A DNA stretch of 54,544 bases, counting the filler, from Stramenopiles sp. TOSAG23-6 (Eukaryota): the NCBI GenBank assembly GCA_900128565.1. It is 4 parts of 4 records of this genome, joined end to end, with 100 filler letters (N's around TTAATTAATTAA, not from the genome) between each part and the next. Parts side by side here need not be neighbours in the genome. Positions count along the whole stretch, not along the records: positions 41,092 to 54,544 come from LT636165.1; 3 more parts are not named here. One strand, 5' to 3'. The notes under the pieces were generated by a model. The model had not been told where the DNA came from. It ran no database searches and was given only the letters and a program-made list of their open reading frames with translations. Position numbers and translations under genes: made by a program. This document shows, one piece after another, positions 41,903-54,544 of this stretch. Every line of letters begins with the position of its first letter. The stretch's first letter is position 1.

Positions 41903-44900
41903 TTATTTATTATTGTATTTGTCCTCACAAAATTCGTACCAATTTAACTGTAAGTCTTCATTTTCTTCAATAATGAAAATTCTACGAGGTCGAATCTGAA
42001 GGTGGTTTCCCAGAGAAACTCCTGATGATTTGGCAAAATCGTTCATTGCATCAAGAGCACCGCCTATTGGTTTAGCGACAAGTCCTGAGACACCTGTTGC
42101 TATACCACCCAATGCGCCAGTCCAACCTCCATTAGATACACCATGAATTGGATCTAACACAACTCCTTTTGCCGCCCCTACTACATGTATTGTGAAAAAA
42201 TATTTCGAAAAACAATCGTTAGGTACAAAATTTCGTACGAAAAATAAATTAAAATTTTGAAATTGCAAACGTACACTGTCGGCGAAACCTTGAATGCCAC
42301 TCCACATGCCATTATTACTTCTTCGTCGTCGTTCTTCTCTTTGTTTGACATGTTTATCATCAAAAGAAAGTCGATCTATATGACGCGCAGCACTACTACT
42401 AAAGCCTATCACAGATACTAAAGCACCGCGTACAACATGTCTTGCGAAAGACGCACCAGCTAATCCAAGGCCATGTCTAAATCCTGAAACCCCACCTTTT
42501 CCTGTAGTGTCAAATGGAAGGGTAATTAAATCAATCAATCCTGCTGATAATTCTCGCACAATTACCGAAGGATTTCCTAAAATTTGAAGAGACCCAAGGA
42601 GTCCTGGGCTCATCATGACAGCATCGGCAATATAATTCGCCGCAAGCTCATTTAAAAAACGATCTTTTGAAGCAAATACTGAAGTTAGCGAAACGGCGCT
42701 AAATTTCATTGGCGATTGAGAGACCGAAACATGAATAGGTAGTACTGTTGTGTGTAAGGTGACCACAAGATGAAGCTCTCCAGCATAGTAATGCTTTATA
42801 TACATAAAGGGTACGATAGATGATGACTTAGCTAACATGGGAGGTAGTATATCTTGTATGAAAGATTCAGTGAAGTCATTGTCCTTTGGCATTCCCGTGA
42901 CATCATCAATAAGAACCAACTTAACCTCATTGGAATTCTCTTTCTCCAATGTATTTTTATGGTGCGCGCTACACGTTGAACCAAAAGAGGCATATCTATT
43001 TACTTGTTGGTATATTTCCTGTAATGCACAAAACACTGGCTGGAATGTTCTCATTAAAAACATACCCAAAATATCATCAATTGCAATTTCAATTGGTGAT
43101 GTCTCAATAATAAACTCGCGCCAAAATGATACGACATTTTTCTTATCTAATGTCTCGACGTATGACGCTCGAATCTGCAAAGCTGGAGCAGACGTTTTCC
43201 TACGAAAATCACTACTATCAGAATGAAAGAGTACAGGCAATAATTTTGAACCTTCCCCAAAATTATCTATCTGAATATTTCGTACACAAAATGACCAATC
43301 TGTAAATGAATTGACATAATCAATGTATTGTGTATCAATAATCTTGGGGAAATTAATTGATCGGTTTACATGCAATCCGGAAAGAGTAATATGTATTAAT
43401 TCCTGGAGATCACTGAAAGCATCACTTTCTGTTTCAGTATTTGATACATCATTATTATTATGCAATATTGTGCTATATTTAGATTCTCTCTGTTTTCGAG
43501 TTTTGCCCTCTGATACTCCTACATCCTTAGGGTTAGGGTCAAAATGATCAAAATATGACACAGAAATATTCTCAAAACTGAGATGGAACTCAGATAAGGG
43601 TAAACTTAAAATATTACATGTATTGTGAAAAGAAACATTCTTAATAAAACAATTCGTTAAGTACAATTTTGGTTTTACGAAAAAACAAAATGAAATTGAA
43701 ATGAAGAAAACCTAAATGTCAAAAAAAATGTTTAGATACAAAATTTCGTACCAAAACAAAAATGAAATTGAAATGAAGAAAACGTACTTGATGTATCACC
43801 AGGAGTTGTCATGGTATCTAAAACATCACTATTCGATGTGCTCATATGCTCAAATGTAAGAACCATAGTTCCAGCTCGTTCACAAATATTCACATAAATG
43901 ACATGAGTCTGTAATTTATGAGTAAAAGTAAGTCGCTGCCTATCAGACTTCATATGGATAACTACACCTTCTTGTGACTGTTGTTGCTCCGATTCATGTT
44001 GATTTTCAAAATTCTCATTCGCGATGGTCACTCGAATTGAATATTTAGAACGTTGCATATGAGACAAACCACGATTAAAAACTTTTTCTCTATCGTCTAA
44101 CATTGAAGTAGGTTGACCTTTTTCATACTGAATTCCAAAATCTTTATTTGCGCTACTACTACTAGTTGATCTATTTCTAGATTTTTTGTCTGTATCTAAA
44201 AAGGCCCAATCGTATTCCATCGCAGAATATTTAGGAACATTGAGAATTTTTGAAGACTTTTGTGAATTAAGACGGATTTGTAATGAAATGTCTGTGTGAT
44301 TACGCAAGAAGACAGGAGGTTGTTTGTCCCGAAATAAAACAACATGTTGTACCCCCGTCTCTCTATCTTTTTCAATAAAGTATGATAACATTAACTGTGG
44401 AACGTGAGCCTTTGTATCACCATCGATATCCTCATTATACATAAAGCATTTATTTGCAGAAGGGTCAAATCTTTCTGGTATAGATATAAGTAGTCTCTGT
44501 CTACCAGACGTTTCTTCAATATCGATTCCTCTTGACCATAATGTTTTAGTTGTAAAACGACGATGCCGATCTGTTTTATTTTGGTCATTATTAACTATAG
44601 GTTCAGGTATCGCTACCCGAAATAACATTGGTAGAGTTAAACTTGATTCAGATGATGCATATTGATCATCAGTGTTTGCATCATCATCAATATTTGTACT
44701 ATCATTTTTGTTTTCAGATGTGGCGTGTTGCGTTTTCAGTAATTCCCAAAATTCATCTTGCATTGTCGCAAATTGACCGGCAACGACACCAGCTAATTTC
44801 ACTTTTTCTGAATCATGTTTTTGATAAAACGAAATAATTTTTTCCTTAAAGGAAAGCTCCGAACTCGATATGTGATCAATATATTTGTGAGCCAAAGACA

Positions 44901-47900
44901 CAGAACATTGTTTATCGTGTACCGTACAATCATCAATATTATCTGTGTATATATTAGACTCCTGCCATGTAGCCAATGAAATTGTATTATGACCAGCGGC
45001 AGAGGATAAACATCGAACTTGTCCAGGACTCGCAATTAATAATGAAATTCCAGTGGCATTATGAACTTTAACAGCTGGACGAATATTTAAAATTGTTCCA
45101 ATTCCATTTGTATCCTTGAGAATATCTCGATGTAAAAGTACCTGAAACATTGAGCATGTATTTTGCGAGAATATTTACGATTTGGTTTTTGTTAAAACAA
45201 AAAAAAATCTAGAAAAACAAATCGAAAAAACAAAAGAAATTGAAATTTGAAAAAGCATACAATACATCCTCTAAAAAAATGAAAAAACAAAACAAAATTG
45301 AAATTTGAGAAAAAACATACATCCTCTACTTTGAGATGTACCCGTTATAGGAACTAAAAGTTTAACAGAATGTTCTGCGGCAACATCATTATTTGCTATG
45401 TTTTCCACTTTTGTATCGACTGGATTACAATTCTGTGTATTTTTTTGATTGCCTGATATTTTTATATTGGATTCTTTTTTCTCGGAAAACCCTAAACCTA
45501 AATTAGAATGGAATTGATCCGTGGATATATCTACAGCTCTAGACCAAACATTAATCCCTTTTTGGTTCATATTCCATTCTTTATCGTCTGATGAATATAT
45601 TTTCGGTTTTAATTTAATTTGAAGTATAATCTCAGCAGAATGTGGAATCATATGAATACTGTATCTTTTGGATTTCGGTGGCAGATGCAAAGGTTTCCTC
45701 CATCCTGATACAATAACTGATAAATGCATTGTCGTATGATTACATAATAAGCTTGGTGGAAAACAACGAAAGTGTAATGGCTCTAATCGTGCTACACTAT
45801 TATCTACTGGAGAATTGTGTAACGTTCGCATTTCACACAAAACACATTCCCCCGTATTAAAATCATTCTTTTCAACAAGTCGTTTCAATTCAGACTTCTT
45901 ATCACGATCATTTTGAACAAAAGTCTTTTTTTTTGATTGTTTCACTTTGAGCAATACGAAATGTTTCTTTGCTGTAGTAGATTTCTGTATCTCATTATTT
46001 TCTATTTCAAAATTATTATTATCAAAAAGTTTCATCTGATTCTTGGCTAATAATTCAAATGAGGAAGGATTTAGTGGAATCAAGGGACTAAATATTTTTT
46101 TGTGTATTACATCTGGATGCTCCTGTCCTTGCTCTTGCACTTCATCAACAATATTAGACATCAGAGACAATTGAGCATGGGGTGACGAAGAAGATTCAGT
46201 GATAATTACATTTGGTGCAATACTACTAAACCCCTGCAAAGATACTTTTTGTGGTGATTTTTCCAGGGAATGAAATGCATTTTCCACATCCATTTCCATC
46301 GTTTCTTGTTGAATTACATCAAGTATGGCGTTTTGTGATACATCCCATTGAAATCGAATCTGTGGGTGTAACTCGATAAGTATTTGTCCACCTCGAGAAA
46401 TTGTATCCAATACATTGTCTTTAGGAGAAATTACATTTTCCTGGCTCAATGTACAAAATGTATTGTGAAAAAATATTTTTTTAGTACAAAACAAATCGTT
46501 AGGTACATTTTTTTTCATTTTTTTACGGAAAAAAAATAAATTCATGATGAAAACTTACAGACTGTACGAGAATTCTGACCAAATATTGGTAATTGAAAAT
46601 TTGCCAAATCATTGATAGTATTAAACATACCTGATTCGCCATATACATCGTCACAACTAAAGACATTTTGAGATGACATATTTGCCAATGCCAGTGGAGA
46701 AGACCAATCAGACCAAACCATTTCTTTTTTATCAGTTTTGTCATTTTCTTTTCGAGTTCTAACGATAATCGCGCCAGCATGTTGACCGGGGGGGCAAAGG
46801 AGAGAACCTCTCTGGGCAGCGCATATTTCGCCACCATTGTGTGGAGCTAAAACTTGTGGCTTTTGTCGTAATCCGCGAACGCGGCTACTACACAAAAGAG
46901 GCAACCATTGAATTTGAATCATGATTGGTAAATAATTAACGATACAATGACTACATGTTCTTTGGAAAAATAAATTCGAAATTGAAAAAAAATCGTTAGG
47001 TACAAAATTTCGTACGAAAAAATAAATGCGAAATTGAAAAAAATAAAACATACTATAAATTGTGATACGTGCACATAACCCTTCATGTTTAATCGTTATC
47101 CAAGTATCCGTCCAAACATGGTCTTTTTTTTCACCCGTTGTTTCTCGAACAACGTCATCTTTCCAAAGAGGTAATTTTACTACAAAGCATTTATCAGCAT
47201 TGACGCAAAATGGGAGTGACCATGCCCAAGGTCTAGATTCGCCATCTTTCATGGATAGAGCAATGCGAATTTTATTTCTATCTTCAACAGTTTTCTTCTG
47301 TAACGGTGACATAGAAATAGCTGCTTGAGATTCACCAGGTAACACGAATGATTCTGATGCGCCAAATTGCTCGTAAAAGAGTGGAGTTTTTGTGGCATTA
47401 CGTAAAACATAACGAAAAGCTGCCAATTTCCCACCGTGTATATCTTCTTTTCTCCCACAAGTTTTTATTTCAGTGTTTTTTTTTAAAATGTTTTCATTCG
47501 ATTCTTTTTGTATCGTTCTATTCATTTCTTTGAGAGATTTATCACAATTTGATGGTGCATGAGGCATTTTCGCTGAGAAAATACACAATAATGCACGAAA
47601 AAGTATCAACAATGAAGTTTCACATAAACTAACACACAAAGAATCTTCTGAACAAAAGTGAAGTGAGAAAAATGGAAACGTATCGCGTCGAATAGTATTG
47701 GCTATTGAATGATGAGTATCTACAGGTGTTGTCGTAGATACTACTGTGAGTCTACTTTGTAATTCCAATGGCGATAATACTTCAATTGTATTAAAATGAG
47801 CGACATCGTTCACAATAATACTACATAAAGAAGTTAACTCTACAATAATGGTAGCCATACCACAATGTTCTTTCACATACTTTCGTAACTTATTATTACC

Positions 47901-50900
47901 AACAAAAGATTGGAATGCGGGACGCGGAAGAGATTCGGGAGGTGAATGATCTTTCCATGTTTTATACTTCACCTGAAAATTATCCAATATAATAGCTGTA
48001 ATGCACTCAGAAAAATTACAAATGCTACTTTGTCTATTTAAATATAGCTCACTAAATCCTGTGTCATTTTCAAATACAACATGCGAATCATTATCTAGAA
48101 TAGACAAGCATATTGAATCAATAGACGCATTAATATTTATAAGAGGTTCATATTCACTACGTATACTTGTCTTAAGGCTCAAAGATCTAACTATTGACGA
48201 GTTGACAATATCAACAGCCTCGGTATGAACAGAAATCGATTCCATATCATATTCATTTCGAAGTTCTTTTGCTGTATTGATAGAAGAAACTTTCCACTGG
48301 AATTGCCATTCTGTAGATGCTTCATATGCAGGTGCAGGTGGTATATTTATCTGTACTGGCATGGAGCAATCATTATCAACACTTTGTTTTGGATCTTCTG
48401 GAGCGATCCAACCCACAAGCGACTCAACTAAAGATTTATTTTTTTCTAATCCATTATTGATTTGAACTGGAACACTAAATTCTGAAACACAAACAAATAC
48501 AGTACCACTGTCAGTACTCGTCATACTACGACGACGTAACTCACAATGTAAGACTTCGCCAGTACAGAGGAAACACTGAGCTGGAAGGTAAAGTGGCGCA
48601 ATGTGTACTTCCGTAATATTCCTAGGCTTTTCATAGGACCAACGGACTCCTGACCATTTAGAATAACTAGGCTTCATAGAACTTTTAGTCACTGATATGT
48701 CTACATGATCATTCACTACATCATACTTTTCCGTTCCAAATGTAGTACCCAACGGATTTGTTTCAAATGACATCTGAAAGGGTTCAAGAGGTATTTTGAC
48801 AAACTTTTTTTTATTTCCTTTTTTTGTGACCTCTTTTGATTTTGATACAACCCTTTTAAATTTATTCATGTTGTGTAATACTATTTGATTCAATCGTGTT
48901 TGATCTTTAGGGTGGATTTTACTACGAGGTGGTGTATATTGATGATCTTCTGAGTCATGTACTGTATTCAATACAGTTTTTTTCTCTTCGATTTTCCATA
49001 GAAAAGAATTTAGTCGCAAAGAACATCCACCTATTAGAGATACGATAGTGTTAAGAATAGCCAAGCTATCGGCACTTACTCCAATTTTTAGCCCTGTAGA
49101 ATTTATCAAACATTCCTCAGTAGATTTCACAATATCAAATGAAGTTTTTTGTAATATGTTCAACCTTATAACTTCTTTCATGCCTATCTTAAAACTATTT
49201 TGTTTTTTTAATCTTTTTACTGTGCTGGTTGGCACATTGCAACGAGAAAAAAACATCGATATTCCAAGAATGCCAAAATTCAATTGACCTGACTGTGACT
49301 GAAGATTTATTTTATCCCCATGAATATGCAAAGCTTCAAACATTGGGCCGGGTCCAATTATAATACAGAAATTGTCAGTTTTTACAACAATATCAATTGG
49401 CTCGTTCGCGTCTGCCGAAATATCAAAACTCATTTCTTGATTCGAATTTTGTTTTTGTTTTTTTTGTTTTTTAAGTATACTATTATTATAAACTTTATCA
49501 GTATTACTACATGATAATCGGCGACAAATCATATTTATCCACAATGGCGGGGGCGAGTCAAACCATTTTATTAATGTTTTTATCNACTTTATATCAAATA
49601 GCAGACATTGGCCACCTATATCAATAATGAGGTTATTCTTTTTACTATTATTCTTTTGTTTTAATCTACATACCAAGGTAAATCCATCATTCGGATTACT
49701 CATCGTCCCACCATCGGAGGTTTTTGGCCCACCCCATAATCTCCTTGGATGATTCATCAAACTATCCGAAAGGCAAACATTTTCTATTATCAAATGAAAA
49801 TTCATTGAAGAACCAAGTACACGTTGTAGTGAACATTGAACATCTTGCACGTCCAACAAAAATAAAGACTTATTTGGTGATGATTTTTTTGTCATTTTTC
49901 CTCTATTTTGATGTTGACAAAGTCGAATGCAAACTTGAGGAACTAAAAATTCAAGAACAAAAAGATCACTCGAAGGTTCACAATTCACTACAGGTTTCAC
50001 TTGCATTTCGTTACTGTCACCTACTGTATTTTTACACTGACTATTGCATGTACTATTATATTTTGAATCATCATCTTCAATATAAGACATTTTATCAAAA
50101 GAATATTTTAATAAAGCTAATGCAGCACAAATATGATGAAATCGGGAAAATGTGACTTCAAATAAAACAGGACTACTTGTAATCAATATTCGCAATGTCT
50201 TAGACTTTTCGTTTCTACTAGTATACATACTTGTACTTATTGATATTTGAAGATCTTTTAATAACTTAGGTCCCAAAGCAGTGAACGTGTACCCACTAGA
50301 CCAACCAATTTCTCCAAACCCAAGCGAAATTTCTTGATGACAACCAATCTTCATTTCAGGTTTTATTTCCGTGATTTTCTCGACATCATCAGTTTGAACA
50401 TTTGTACTCAGGAATAGACTAATACAAGATTCAGAACGCCGATAAAAACCTGCAAGCGGGGGTTCAACAGGGAAAAATATTCGAATGCTTTCTATTTTAA
50501 GATTGATATTCATTTGTGGTACAACATTTGACAAATTTTCAATATCATTTTGGTTGTTTTTAGACTTTGGTTTTTCTAATGAGGTAACATTTGTTGTGTG
50601 TTTTGAGTCTACATTAAATGCCTGTAACAGTGGCTGAACTCCAATGAGTGTATGTGATCGAAGAACAGCATCTAAAGGTTTAATCAAACCGACAAAAGTA
50701 ATATTTCTCTTTTTCTCTTCTTCTTCCTGTACAGTATACTGTATGAACAACAAATCATTTTTCAATCCATTATTGTCTTCTTTACGTACATATCCAGACC
50801 TCCATAGCATAGGCAACACTGAATTTTCTGTTGACCTCAGTTGACCAATACACGATTCTATACATAAACTCAATATATACAAAGATGAAGCATGATTCAT

Positions 50901-53900
50901 GTTGAAAAATTTTCTATTTCGAAAAAAATCTTCACAAGCCATGTTGGCTGTACGCGAAGCAATTCGCAAGCATGCAAGAGATTTTTCTGAATTAATATTC
51001 AGAAAAGATGCAATTTTGCTATACAACTCTGAAGAAAGTTTCACAAGACGAGGTCGGTGGATTTCAGTAGCATAAATGTCTTCAACTCGAACTTCAAAAG
51101 TTGATTTTGAGTATTTCACATCTTTTTCTATAGAAGCAGAAACACCTATAATAATTATATTTAACTCATTTGGAGAAAATGGATGTCTTACACTATATTT
51201 TTGTAATATTGTTCTAATTCGAAGTTCTGAAAGTATACTCTTAAAACGCAAGTCAATTTCCGTTTGTTTTGTTTTACATTTTTTTTGTTTATGTTTTGTT
51301 CGGATTTTCTTTTGATTTTGTTGTACATTAAACCAAGGAATATTATTAATTGCTTTCGCAATACTATGGCTCAATGTGATTTTGATTGGACTTATATATG
51401 AATCAATCGATATAAATAATTTGTCCTTTTCGCGATCAATAACCTGCAGCATACATTTTACATCTATATTACATTTTTCAATGATAGAATCAGATTTATT
51501 TATTGAATATTGCGGGATCAAACTACATCGAAAGTATCCGTCGACTAGTTTTAAATGCAATCGTCGTAAATGTTTTTCGCTAGGTAGTTGTCGTTCTGTC
51601 ACAAATGTTATTCTGGGAGACTGTAGTACAAGAAAAGGATTTTCCGATAACTCGATCATCGCTGAAGCACAATCAATATCAACATCCAAATTTTCTGCTA
51701 AAGTATTTTCATTCAAAATCCAGACAAGAAATTCACTATATCCAAAAGATCTAAACGATGAAACATTTTGTTTTGCTACTTTCTGTTGTGATATACTTAT
51801 TTCCTCGGTAGGAAGATTATCCATATCAAATTGTGTACCTAACGAATTTGTTTGAAGAATCGAATGATTTATTTCATCACCATTATTTGATGAAAATATA
51901 TCCATATTTTGTATCCCTGATACAATAATCCCAATACAATCACGAAATACTGAATTCATTTCTATACATCGATGCCAACAAAATTTCAAAGGCAAAATCC
52001 TCATAAATACTTTGAATCTTCGCTTACTTGAAGAGCTATCCGTAACTGAATATTTTTTAAAATCTTCTGTATGAGTATATATTTTTCCTAGGAGATTTTC
52101 TAAACCGACAAACTTCGCAACAAATTCGCAGCATTCAGTTGGAAGATGGTCAATTCTACATGAAGCATTACACAGAGGTAAACACTCGACCTGAGGATCC
52201 GTAGAAAACTCTTTCAATATACCAGATTCAATATTCGAATGAACACTAACAAGAGAATGTGAGAATATATAACCAGATGAAACACGTGCCATTACTCGTT
52301 GAATATTTGATGACATTTCATATGAAACTGTACAATCATTTTTTGTTGATGAAGATTCAAGCTGTAAAATCATATTCCCCATGCATTTCATTTGGAAATT
52401 GTCAAACTCAGCAGTAAACACGCCCGAATTTCCGAAAGAACTAAAAGAATTTGATGATGTTGAATATTCCTGAGAAGGTTGAGATTCAAATGAGAATGTC
52501 GAAAGAATACACGAAATCTCATTTGAAATACGACGAGCTTGGTCTAAACCCACTTGGAAGGTAAAAGCCCCAATTGCAAACTTTACATCCCCATTAACAG
52601 TGACATCCGTCACAGAAGGGATCAAAGTTGAGGCCAAATATAAAACACTCATTGGCGGATATTTATCAATTTGATTTTTGTCGTTTTCAGTGTATAGATT
52701 ATTTATACACAAATTCATCGATCCATTACACAAAACAGACGCATTTTGTAAAGAGAATATTTTACTATGTTTTTGCATAGTACCATCATCACGCATTGCA
52801 AGAAACATGGAACATTCCTGTAAATCACATCTAATTGTCGTTATTTGTTTTATATCTGTCTCTTCTACAGGACTTTTCATGTCAGTTGACACGTTTCCAT
52901 GTTTATCACCACCTAATACACATGACTGATGTTTTGTTATTTTCATAGAGTCTAGAGTAGGTTTAGGGTTAGGGTTCATAGAGTCTAGAGTAGCTATGTT
53001 GACATTTTCACAAGATCCTAAAGTTTCAATTTCTATGCACTGTAATGACAAACACAACTCTTCTTTCTCCTCAAGATTTGTTGTATTGTTTAGTATAACA
53101 TCTGACATTGGAATACATATCTCAATGGTAGGAATTGTAATTAATACCTTTGTTAACAAAAAACCAAAACTTTTCAATCCAGAATCATCAGGACTTTCAT
53201 CATCCTCCTCTCCCACACTATTTTCTTCTATCGAATGTAACGTTTGTACCGGCTCCGCAGTGGAAAGATTTTCTTGGAGTTCTGAACAACGAATATTTTT
53301 TTCATGTAAATGTTTATCATTACTCATCACTGCGAGCATGTCCTTTTCTAATCGCCGTCGGAGTTCTTTTGGTCCTACACTGAAGTCAAATCCACTAGAC
53401 TTTCTTGAATTATTAGATGAGGGGGTCTTCATTCTCTTACTAATATTTCTATCAGTTTTGGACGACAGTATAGAGTGAAGTATCAATAACATTTCAGTAT
53501 CCCATTTAATTTGTAAAACACCAAAAGAAACATCTGCAATAGGAACATTTACACGTTTAGTGACAACATGCACATCATTACATTGAGTAAATACTTTATC
53601 ACTAGATGTTGGGGTACTTTTATCAAGAGAATCCACCGAAGGATTTACATCTGATTTCATGACTTTTTTACCAAATTCTGTATCTAATTGAAATACTCTA
53701 TCTATTTCTGAATTATTATTTCTAGGTATGATTAAGCGGGCACGTATCGCTCTTCTTACAGGTCGATGTTGAGTTTGAGAACATTTAGTTTTTAATCTAA
53801 TATTTGATGCGCTTCGTTTCATAGCTGTTGTTCGAAAAGTATTGACGTTATTCTCGACATTTTCATCGAAATTATTTGTTTTTCTATGTTTATTTGTGTC

Positions 53901-54488
53901 TGGAGATTCAATTTCCATCCACACATCAACTCCATGCCTTTTCACTCGTCTTCGCCGTCTCGATTTAAAAGGAGACGCTACATGTACAACGTCATCTGTT
54001 ACACTATCACCATTAATTTCCCACAGTGTATCACGTTCTTCAGATGCAAAAAGAACTGGCACGGCTCTTCGGGTTTGACACGAGGGTAAAACACTCAAAC
54101 GATGAGCTGGATTTTGACCATATTTTTGATCATATTTCTGAAAGACGGCCTCGCGCCGAAGATCTGCACCTGCACTTACGCCTTTACCTACACCACTACT
54201 GTCTCCAGAACATCCCCATGTGATCCAAGGTCGATTTCCATCAGATAAACCTGAAACACATCTCTTTGGAGATTGTCCATTAATATCATTCTGCAATGGG
54301 CGCAGAGAAAGACTTTGAAGATCTAAAGATATATCATTATGACTACCTAAGACACTTGATTCATTCGCTGCATATATCGAAATTCCATATAGTACAAGTT
54401 CCATCACTGGGTCTTTAAACCAAGAAACAGTCGAACGGCGGCGTTTCTCGTGCTTGGAACTCGAGCGTACTTTGACAAATCCACTTAC
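41903..54488 (-). CDS. VPS13: VPS13-family lipid transfer protein (5' part missing); exons 54488-47054, 46954-46559, 46457-45321, 45155-43788, 43617-42275, 42184-41903
   Basis: VAB-like repeats (YVLRNAT..PLFYEQFG, WSLPF, ITIYS...IVNYLP, PPVFLRNHT) and C-terminal LLGSLQILGNP...GVVLDPIHG...GLVAKPIGGALD. Confidence 0.85.
42185..42274 (-). mobile_element. Introner-like intron GT...AT, 90 nt (3n, no stop)
   Basis: agt|gtacgtttg...cacaatacat|gta; removal restores the Gly-rich VPS13 C-terminal helix. Confidence 0.8.
43618..43787 (-). mobile_element. Introner-like intron GT...AT, 170 nt, internal duplication
   Basis: a|gtacgttttcttcatttcaatttc with this block repeated; ...cacaatacat|gt; phase 1. 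Confidence 0.75.
45156..45320 (-). mobile_element. Degenerate introner-like intron GT...AT, 165 nt, duplicated donor region
   Basis: ggat|gtatgtttt...tagaggatgtattgtatgc...gcaaaatacat|gc; phase 1. Confidence 0.75.
46458..46558 (-). mobile_element. Introner-like intron GTAAGT...AT, 101 nt
   Basis: ct|gtaagttttcatcatg...cacaatacat|tt; phase 1. Confidence 0.8.
46955..47053 (-). mobile_element. Introner-like intron GT...AT, 99 nt (3n, no stop)
   Basis: tata|gtatgtttt...ccaaagaacat|gt; removal gives ITIYSSHCIVNYLP. Confidence 0.8.
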
Positions 54489-54544
54489 ATGTATTTTAGA
54501 AAAATATTTCAAAAAAAAATCGTTAGGTACAAAATTTCGTACGA
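54489..54544 (-). mobile_element. Introner-like intron, 3' part (truncated at window end), ends in AT
   Basis: Reverse complement tcgtacgaaattttgtacctaacg...ctaaaatacat|gta. Confidence 0.75.

Noticed and set aside
3770-54223. Numerous short antisense or off-frame ORFs in the ORF track
   Set aside because: They overlap longer credible genes and show no recognisable motifs.

Overview
Eukaryotic, AT-rich, gene-dense protist DNA in the standard genetic code; the lineage cannot be fixed from sequence alone. The window is four unrelated ~13.5-kb contigs (1-13689, 13790-27344, 27445-40991, 41092-54544) joined by artificial 100-nt N/TTAATTAATTAA linkers. Genes include a BspA-type LRR protein, an STK16/NAK kinase, a large secreted repeat protein with a degenerate CDCA-like carbonic anhydrase domain, a Cys-rich multi-pass membrane protein, a MYND/importin-alpha-like ARM protein, the RPA1 N-terminus, NMD3, an SPFH protein and a VPS13-family gene. 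The main discovery is a family of about 25 related 90-170 nt introns (introner-like): GTAYGTTTT...TTTCGTACGAAATTTTGTACCTAAC...GAAATATTTTTCCAAAATAC-NN. All lie in the sense orientation of their host genes and have a spliceosomal-type GT donor, and most have a CTAAC branch motif, but they almost never end in AG (18 of 22 visible 3' ends are AT; TT, GT, CT and AG occur once each). Cutting GT...NN at the aligned position restores the reading frame in all 19 complete copies, and 11 of 19 show a 2-bp direct repeat consistent with a target-site duplication. A second signal is in-frame telomeric (TTAGGG)n insertions flanked by 19-21 bp direct repeats inside coding exons. A 3.2-kb inverted duplication in contig 3 is probably an amplification or assembly chimera. 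All splice junctions are inferred from DNA and need RNA-seq confirmation.
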